This document shows, piece by piece, positions 57,784-64,000 of a stretch of DNA of 64,000 bases (the first letter of the stretch is position 1; the number at the start of each line of letters is the position of its first letter). The notes under the pieces are model-generated. The model worked only from the letters and a program-made list of their open reading frames with translations, had not been told where the DNA came from and ran no database searches. Origin of the DNA: a virus; the IMG/VR virus record IMGVR_UViG_3300025101_000026, positions 20 through 64,019 of that record. One strand, given 5' to 3'. The position numbers and the translations under genes are program-made.

Positions 57784-58272
57784 ATGCTATTCGGAAGTCA
57801 AAAAGATTTCAACGTACTTTCTACTCATATCAGTAGAGAGATTCTTAAAGACATAGTAGAACAAGAAGTAGGCTACTATAAACTTTCTTTGACTGATACT
57901 CAAGCAAATTTATACGGTGAAGCAGTAGATAAAGTATACCTAGACCCAGTAAAATTAAATTGTTTAATTACTAGAGGAGATCAAGTCATTACTGTAGATG
58001 ATTTTGGACCTGATTTAGGTAGAGAAGCATCATTTGCTTTTGTAAGACAAGATTTAGTGGATGCTAATACCGTACCTGAAGTAGGTGATATAGTTATGTG
58101 GCATGAAGATTATTATGAAGTCGATACAGTTAGAGAGAACCAATTATTTGTAGGTAGAGATAGTAGTTATAACTTAACTAACTATGGTCATAGATTTGGC
58201 TCTTCCGTATCTATTATAGTTGATTGTCATTTAACAAGAACAGAAAAAGTAGGAATAGTTAGAGCACGATAA
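57784..58272 (+). CDS. Neck/head-closure protein (gp14-like)
   Basis: VGYYKL...NLYGEA, PEVGDIVMW..DYYEV; follows the gp13-like gene. Confidence 0.6.
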   Translation: MLFGSQKDFNVLSTHISREILKDIVEQEVGYYKLSLTDTQANLYGEAVDKVYLDPVKLNCLITRGDQVITVDDFGPDLGREASFAFVRQDLVDANTVPEVGDIVMWHEDYYEVDTVRENQLFVGRDSSYNLTNYGHRFGSSVSIIVDCHLTRTEKVGIVRAR

Positions 58273-58275
58273 TAT

Positions 58276-59535
58276 ATGACCAGAAGAACTAAAATATTAC
58301 CTAAAAGACAGTCTCAAATATCCCAAGAGTCTATTAAAACTTACAAGAATGCTGCTAAATCACCGACACCTGACGTAAGACGTAAAAACAGAGGGTACCA
58401 AACCTCAGTAAAAAACGATGATGTTAAGCAATTTCACATAGGATTAAGGGATATAGACGAAACTATAGTATATTATTTCAATAATGTCATTAAACCATCA
58501 GTTATACAGAACGGTAAACGAATAAACGTTCCTATTTTGTACGGTTCTCCTGAAAGATGGGCGGCAGTACAGAAAGATGGGTTCTATAGAGATAAAAATG
58601 GCAAAATACAGACGCCTTTAATTATGTTTAAAAGGGATTCTATAGAAAAAAATAGAAATTTAGGTAATAAATTAGATGCTAACAACCCAAACAATTTTTC
58701 CATCTTTCAAAAAAAGTTTTCGAAGAAGAATGTCTACGATAAATTCTCTGTACTCAATAATAGAGAACCAGTTAACGAATTATACGGGGTTATTATACCT
58801 GATTACGTTAATATTACCTATTCTTGTGTAATTTTTACTGAATATGTAGAGCAAATGAACAAAATAGTCGAATCTATCAACTTTGCCTCAGATGCTTACT
58901 GGGGAGACCCTGAAAAATTCAATTTTAGGGCTATGATAGATAATTATACTACTGTAACTGAGATGAATCAAGGTGAAGATCGTACAGTTAAGACTAATTT
59001 CGATATAAAAATGATGGGACACATAGTACCTGATAGTATTAACACGGCAATTTCGAATATGAATAAGTTTTACTCTAAATCTTCAGTTAGTTTTGGTTTA
59101 GAAATAGCTGGAACAGAGGAAATACTTCAAGCTAGTGCAGCATCACCAGCTTCTAAGAACTTTAAAGGAAGATTTTACGATGCATTAACTGGTAGAACTG
59201 AAGTTACTATACAATCAAGTGGTATGACAGATGCAGAAAGAACTTTCCTTGCATTAACTACTATAATAGATACAAATAATCAAGGATTTAGTATTAACTC
59301 AGGTGATAATAGTATTACTTTTAATAGTGTTACTATAGCTACACCTCCTGCTAACTTCCCTGATTTAGAAAAAGACGACTTTCAGGTATTTATTAACGGA
59401 ATAATAACTGAACCATCAGCTATAACTTCTATTACTCAATCTGGAGGAAACGTAGTAATAGATTTTAATGATGATTTAGGATATACTATTACAGATCAAA
59501 TGGAAATAACAGCAGTAGGAAAATTTGAGATATAA
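58276..59535 (+). CDS. Tail terminator/sheath stabiliser (gp15-like) with C-terminal extension
   Basis: VPILYGSPERW, PDYVNITY, QMNKIVESI pattern; position after the neck genes. Confidence 0.6.
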   Translation: MTRRTKILPKRQSQISQESIKTYKNAAKSPTPDVRRKNRGYQTSVKNDDVKQFHIGLRDIDETIVYYFNNVIKPSVIQNGKRINVPILYGSPERWAAVQKDGFYRDKNGKIQTPLIMFKRDSIEKNRNLGNKLDANNPNNFSIFQKKFSKKNVYDKFSVLNNREPVNELYGVIIPDYVNITYSCVIFTEYVEQMNKIVESINFASDAYWGDPEKFNFRAMIDNYTTVTEMNQGEDRTVKTNFDIKMMGHIVPDSINTAISNMNKFYSKSSVSFGLEIAGTEEILQASAASPASKNFKGRFYDALTGRTEVTIQSSGMTDAERTFLALTTIIDTNNQGFSINSGDNSITFNSVTIATPPANFPDLEKDDFQVFINGIITEPSAITSITQSGGNVVIDFNDDLGYTITDQMEITAVGKFEI

Positions 59536-60119
59536 TGGCACAGATATTTTGGGAACAAATAAGAAATAAATTACCTGATGTAGGAGAATTCCTCACAGGT
59601 TCTCTTACTGTTTCAGGTTCCTTTACTACTACTGGTTCTCTATCGGTAAAAGGTAATTTTGGAATAGATGGTGAATTTGATATAGATGGAGATTTATTAG
59701 TCGGACAATACATAAAACATAAGGGTGACGAAAACACTTTTATTAATTTTACTGATGATCAGATAAGACTTAATGCTGGCGGTATTAATTTCTTAAGCTT
59801 AGAAAAAGATGATGCCGCTCCTTACCCTCTTACAGTTAATAATGGAGGTAATAGAGTTAACTTTAGAGTCGTGGACAGGAATAGTGCTCTTCTTCTAAAA
59901 ACTGATTCTGAAGCATTCAAAGTTAACCTATATCATGCAGGAAATCAAAAATTAGAAACAGCTGCAGGAGGTATTAATATAACAGGTAATGTAACAGCCT
60001 CACAAGATATTGAAGCAGGACGTATTTTAAAAATGGTTTCTCAATCAGCTACTCCGACTGCTACAGAGGGAGGTATCTTTTACAGTTCTAGTAATGATTA
60101 CTTTTTTGGTTTTTCTTAA
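59535..60119 (+). CDS. Short fibre-like virion protein
   Basis: TGSLTVSGS repeats, GDENTFINF, KLETAAGGINITG. Confidence 0.55.
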   Translation: MAQIFWEQIRNKLPDVGEFLTGSLTVSGSFTTTGSLSVKGNFGIDGEFDIDGDLLVGQYIKHKGDENTFINFTDDQIRLNAGGINFLSLEKDDAAPYPLTVNNGGNRVNFRVVDRNSALLLKTDSEAFKVNLYHAGNQKLETAAGGINITGNVTASQDIEAGRILKMVSQSATPTATEGGIFYSSSNDYFFGFS

Positions 60120-60158
60120 TATTTATATATACAGTAAAAAAACAATTTTATATTTATA
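60120..60158 (+). promoter_or_regulatory. Two tandem TATTTATA motifs (60120-27, 60151-58)
   Basis: Both lie in the 43-nt gap before ATG 60163. Confidence 0.55.
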
Positions 60159-60162
60159 GCAC

Positions 60163-61152
60163 ATGGCAACTTGGAAAAAATTAATAGTATCGGGATCTAA
60201 TATATCTCAATTAAATAACGATTCAGGATACTTAACGTCGGTAACGGCACAACCTGCTTTTGTCTCAGCTTCAGCTGGAGGAACAGCATTAATAGCAAAT
60301 AATTCATTAGGTAATCTTATTTTTAGTACTGGAAGTAGCAGTACTGGTGTTGTAATATCAGGTAGTGCGAGTAATGATACTATTACATTTACTTTAACTT
60401 CTATACCTAATACAGCTTTAGCAAATGACGGAATAACTATAGCAGGAGCTGATACCTCATTAGGGGGTACTATTACAGCAGCAGCTATTGGTAATGCAGG
60501 AGGATTTCTTTCAAGCTCAGCTCAAATAGCTTCTAATATATCAGGATCAATCACAGCAACTTCAGCTTCAATAGCAGAAGATATTGCAGCATTTCCATCA
60601 GCAGCAACAATATCAGGTTCTTTATCAGCAGATGGTATAGCAGGTTTAGCTGCAGGAATAGTTTCTGCTTCAGCTTTCTCTTCACCATCTCAAGGTACAG
60701 TTAGAGCTACTATAAACGGAACAGTTACTAATGTAGATACTGGATTACAAACAGGAGATTCACCTACATTTACAGATTTAACTCTTACAGGAGACTTAAC
60801 TGTACAAGGTGACCAAACTATCTTAAATACTACTAATTTAGCAGTAGAAGATAAATTTATATTAATAAATTCAGGTTCTGGTACTGCAACAGACGAATCT
60901 GGTATTATTTTCGGTGGGGCAAATGGAGCTAAAAATGCAGGTGCAGCATTAATATGGAATGGTGACTATAATGGTAATGACGGACGATTAGCAGTAGCCA
61001 ACGCTTTAAATGCAACAGCTTCTTCTGCTACTGTTTCATATTACGTAGGTGGAGTATTTGACGGAACTGTGAATGATGCAGCAACAGCACAAGCAGATCA
61101 TAGAGGAAATATTAGAGTAGATGGCTCAGATGATATTTTTATCTATGTATAA
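60163..61152 (+). CDS. Fibre-like virion protein
   Basis: MATWKKLIVSGS start; DSPTFTDLTLTGDLTVQG..TNLAVEDKFILIN fibre motif. Confidence 0.6.
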   Translation: MATWKKLIVSGSNISQLNNDSGYLTSVTAQPAFVSASAGGTALIANNSLGNLIFSTGSSSTGVVISGSASNDTITFTLTSIPNTALANDGITIAGADTSLGGTITAAAIGNAGGFLSSSAQIASNISGSITATSASIAEDIAAFPSAATISGSLSADGIAGLAAGIVSASAFSSPSQGTVRATINGTVTNVDTGLQTGDSPTFTDLTLTGDLTVQGDQTILNTTNLAVEDKFILINSGSGTATDESGIIFGGANGAKNAGAALIWNGDYNGNDGRLAVANALNATASSATVSYYVGGVFDGTVNDAATAQADHRGNIRVDGSDDIFIYV

Positions 61153-61179
61153 AAACATTAATCAGTTATAATAAAATTT

Positions 61180-61347
61180 ATGGGACTATTAGACAAGGTT
61201 AAACCTAAAAAAGATCAAGGTTTAACAAAAATTGAATCGGAATTCATACTAGCTAAATTACGAACAGCTGACTATAAAGGAAACGAATTCGAAATGTTTT
61301 ACACTATATTTAAAAAAATAGGTCAACATATTAAGACATTAGATTAA
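61180..61347 (+). CDS. 55-aa hypothetical protein (missing from ORF track)
   Basis: MGLLDKVKPKKDQGLTKIESEFILAKLRTADYKGNEFEMFYTIFKKIGQHIKTLD; followed by a terminator. Confidence 0.6.
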   Translation: MGLLDKVKPKKDQGLTKIESEFILAKLRTADYKGNEFEMFYTIFKKIGQHIKTLD

Positions 61348-61352
61348 GCACA

Positions 61353-61371
61353 AGGTCCTTCGGGATCTTTT
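61353..61371 (+). terminator. Rho-independent terminator
   Basis: AGGTCC-TTCG-GGATCT hairpin followed by TTT. Confidence 0.7.
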
Positions 61372-61398
61372 GCTATTTATAAAATATATCCGTATATT
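61370..61398 (+). promoter_or_regulatory. Overlapping TTG-N20-TATATT promoter and TATTTATA (61374-81)
   Basis: TTGCTATTTATAAAATATATCCGTATATT, directly after the terminator. Confidence 0.5.
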
Positions 61399-61405
61399 AT
61401 ACGTA

Positions 61406-61461
61406 TATTATTGGCCCGGAAGGGAAGTGGGCTAGAAAATTTCTAGTTACCAACCATAATA
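61406..61461 (+). ncRNA. Candidate structured RNA leader (3-way junction/alternative hairpin)
   Basis: GC-rich island in an AT-rich intergenic region: TTGG/CCAA, CCC-GGAA-GGG, GGCTAGAA/TTCTAGTT, and outer TATTAT/ATAATA. Confidence 0.45.
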
Positions 61462-61470
61462 GAACTGAAT

Positions 61471-64000
61471 ATGCCTAATTGGAAAAAAGTCATTACGAGT
61501 GGCTCTATAGCAGAGCTAAATTCCCTATCTTTAGATTCACATCTAACAGCTTCTGGTAACATAAGTTCAAGTGGTACTATTACAGCAAATGAGTTTGTAG
61601 GAAGAACTTCATTATCAACTACTGGTAATATAACAATGGGAGGTAGTCTTATCCACGAAGGGGATACTAATACTAAAATAACATTTGACACCGATGATAT
61701 AAACCTTACAGTTGCTGGTAAAACTGCGTTAGACATTACTTATGATGGCGATGGTGGAGGTGATATAAGAGAAATAACTTTTAATGAAGGTCATGCAGAT
61801 ATTGATGTTAGAATAGAAGGAGACGAAGATACTCATTTATTTTTTACAAATGCTGGAACTGATAGAGTTGGTATAGGAAAAAGTGCACCAAGCTCTAAGC
61901 TCGAAGTAGACGGTGATATTACATCAACACACATAACAGCAAGTGGAAATATAACTTTTACAGGTACTTTAAGCGGAAGCTCTAGTTCACATTTAGTAGG
62001 AGAAAATTTTATAGCTCACGGTAATAATGCAAACTCAGGATTTTCTATTGCATCTTTAGGAGGAAAACCTACTCTATTCGATACAAGCGGCATATTACAT
62101 ATAGGTGCAGGTCCTAATACAGACCACAAAGGAATTTCTTTAAATAGACCAGTTACAGCTTCTATAATAAGTGCTTCAGGCAATATGATAGCAAATACCT
62201 TTGTAGGTAGTGCATCAGGTCTAACTGATATTCCAGGTTCAAGAACCGATGCAACTATATCAGGTTCATTTACTTCTTTAAGCTCTTCTATAGCTTCTGA
62301 CGTAGCATTAAATACAGTAAAACTTACGGCTAATACTTCTAATGTAACTTCAGCTGGAGCATTAATGGATTCTGAACTTGCCGAAATAGCAACAGTAAAG
62401 AATCTAAAAAAAGCTTCTATATCAGGTTCGTTTACTTCAGTTAGTTCTTCTATAGCCTCCGACGTAGCATTGAATACTGCTAAGCTTACAGCTAATACTT
62501 CAAATGTAACTAGTGCAGGAGCATTGATGGATTCTGAATTAGCTGAAATAAATACTATAAAAACTTTAAAAAGAGCTTCTATATCTGGTTCATCTACTGA
62601 ATTGAGTGCTTCTATAGCTAGTGATGTAGCATTAAATACTGCTAAATTAACAGCCAATACTACTAACGTAAGAAATGCTGGAGCATTAATGGATGATGAA
62701 CTTACTGATATAAGTGCAGTAAAAGGTCTCAACCAAGCTCTTACTACTACTTCAGATGTTACTTTTGGTAGTGTAGAAGCAACATCTTTAAATGTTACTC
62801 ATATTACTTCTTCTTTTGTAACTTCTTCAATTATTCAAACTGAAGGTTCGAATGAATTTGGTGACGCTATAAACGATACACAAACTTTTAACGGTCATAT
62901 AACTGCCTCAGGTAATATAAGTGCTTCAGGAGATATTATTGGATCAAGATTTATTAATACAGGAGTAGCAGGTAATTCATTAATAGTAATAAATGGACCT
63001 CGTGGTGAAATAACATCTTCAGGTAATATAAGTTCTAGTGCTACTATATTTGCTAATAAAGCACAATTCGGTAGTTCCACAATTAAAATAGATGGTCCGG
63101 CAGGACATATAACAGCTTCTGGAAATATAAGTGCAAGTGGTGGATTTGTAACTAAAGAAATTACATCACATAAAGATTTTACTATAAACGCTGCTGGTGA
63201 TATCGTATTAGATACTGACGGTACTGATATTATACTAAAAGATGATGGTACAGCATTTGGTAGATTCAAAAGAGATTCCTCAGATTTTATCATTAAATCA
63301 GAGGCAAACAATAACGATATAATATTTAGAGGTCAAGATGGTGGTGCTACCATTACTGCAATGACTATAGATATGTCAGAAGGCGGTAAAGTAGGTATAG
63401 GTAATTTAGTTCCGCCTGAAAAATTAACAGTAGAAGGTAATATAAGCGGTAGTGGTGATTTAATACTACAAGGTGCAGTCTCTTCATCAGGATTACCCCA
63501 AGGTACATCTGAAACTAGAATATTAGTAAGTAATACTTCTGGTCATATAAAATATAGAACTAATTTATCATTACAAGGTGCAACAGGAGCTACAGGAGCT
63601 CAAGGTGCTACCGGCTCTACTGGCCCAACTGGATCACAAGGACCTACCGGATCAACCGGACCAACTGGTTCTCAAGGACCAACAGGAGCAACTGGATCAC
63701 AAGGACCAACGGGTTCAACAGGTCCAACAGGAAGTCAAGGACCAACAGGTCCGACAGGTCCAACAGGAAGTCAAGGTGCTACCGGAGCAACAGGTTCACA
63801 AGGTCCAACAGGACCTACTGGCCCTACTGGTAGTCAAGGCCCTACGGGACCAACTGGACCTACCGGATCTCAAGGCGCTACCGGAGCGACTGGTTCTCAA
63901 GGACCGACAGGACCAACAGGTCCGACAGGATCTCAAGGTCCTACTGGACCGACAGGACCAACAGGAAGTCAAGGAGCGACAGGTGCTACCGGATCTCAAG
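61471..64000 (+). CDS. Long fibre protein with 54-aa repeats and collagen-like domain (3'-partial; missing from ORF track)
   Basis: [18 protein letters not shown]... stays in frame to the window end; [15 protein letters not shown] motifs, and G-X-Y repeats from 63577. Confidence 0.85.
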   Translation, partial: MPNWKKVITSGSIAELNSLSLDSHLTASGNISSSGTITANEFVGRTSLSTTGNITMGGSLIHEGDTNTKITFDTDDINLTVAGKTALDITYDGDGGGDIREITFNEGHADIDVRIEGDEDTHLFFTNAGTDRVGIGKSAPSSKLEVDGDITSTHITASGNITFTGTLSGSSSSHLVGENFIAHGNNANSGFSIASLGGKPTLFDTSGILHIGAGPNTDHKGISLNRPVTASIISASGNMIANTFVGSASGLTDIPGSRTDATISGSFTSLSSSIASDVALNTVKLTANTSNVTSAGALMDSELAEIATVKNLKKASISGSFTSVSSSIASDVALNTAKLTANTSNVTSAGALMDSELAEINTIKTLKRASISGSSTELSASIASDVALNTAKLTANTTNVRNAGALMDDELTDISAVKGLNQALTTTSDVTFGSVEATSLNVTHITSSFVTSSIIQTEGSNEFGDAINDTQTFNGHITASGNISASGDIIGSRFINTGVAGNSLIVINGPRGEITSSGNISSSATIFANKAQFGSSTIKIDGPAGHITASGNISASGGFVTKEITSHKDFTINAAGDIVLDTDGTDIILKDDGTAFGRFKRDSSDFIIKSEANNNDIIFRGQDGGATITAMTIDMSEGGKVGIGNLVPPEKLTVEGNISGSGDLILQGAVSSSGLPQGTSETRILVSNTSGHIKYRTNLSLQGATGATGAQGATGSTGPTGSQGPTGSTGPTGSQGPTGATGSQGPTGSTGPTGSQGPTGPTGPTGSQGATGATGSQGPTGPTGPTGSQGPTGPTGPTGSQGATGATGSQGPTGPTGPTGSQGPTGPTGPTGSQGATGATGSQ
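62257..62730 (+). repeat. Three 162-nt (54-aa) tandem repeats
   Basis: Units start at 62257, 62419 and 62581: [39 protein letters not shown]. Confidence 0.85.
63577..64000 (+). repeat. Collagen-like Gly-X-Y repeat (47 uninterrupted triplets to window end)
   Basis: [15 protein letters not shown] triplets; Y is always Thr or Gln. Confidence 0.92.

Noticed and set aside
1-64000. Stop-codon reassignment (alternative genetic code)
   Set aside because: Core genes are intact under code 11, and TAG/TGA terminate genes cleanly (e.g. 16988, 26784, 29370).

Overview
This window is 64 kb of an AT-rich, large T4-like (myovirus-type) phage genome, with essentially every real gene on the + strand. Order: HD-domain gene and gp55-like sigma factor (1-1.6 kb); baseplate module with spike-like, gp25, gp6 and gp7/P2-I-like genes (1.9-17 kb); four long tail-fibre/adhesin genes plus a chaperone-like pair and a glycosyltransferase (17.3-27.7 kb); an accessory block with GIY-YIG nuclease, mini-kinase, primase, PD-(D/E)XK exonuclease, lipoprotein, P-loop kinase, HxGH nucleotidyltransferase, HAD phosphatase, Mn-type SOD and many charged modular proteins (27.7-43.6 kb); head module with terminase, portal, prohead protease, scaffold and major capsid protein (43.6-55 kb); then PhoH, neck/tail-completion genes and collar/whisker fibres ending in a collagen-like repeat (55-64 kb). 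No tail sheath, tail tube, tRNA, CRISPR array or reverse transcriptase was seen. Highlights: (1) a complete ORF-less group I intron core at the 3' end of a tail gene, possibly inserted in its stop codon; (2) about 16 proteins, including SOD and a mini-kinase, share an N-terminal leader ending in (I/L)-x-E that resembles the T4 capsid-targeting/gp21-cleavage signal, suggesting packaged enzyme cargo; (3) a recurrent TATTTATA upstream motif (reverse complement of the T4 late promoter) and a second GTTG/TTG-N20-TATATT promoter class; (4) a GC-rich structured leader before the last fibre gene. A Bacteroidota host is inferred, not shown. All protein calls come from motif recognition by eye; no database search was run.
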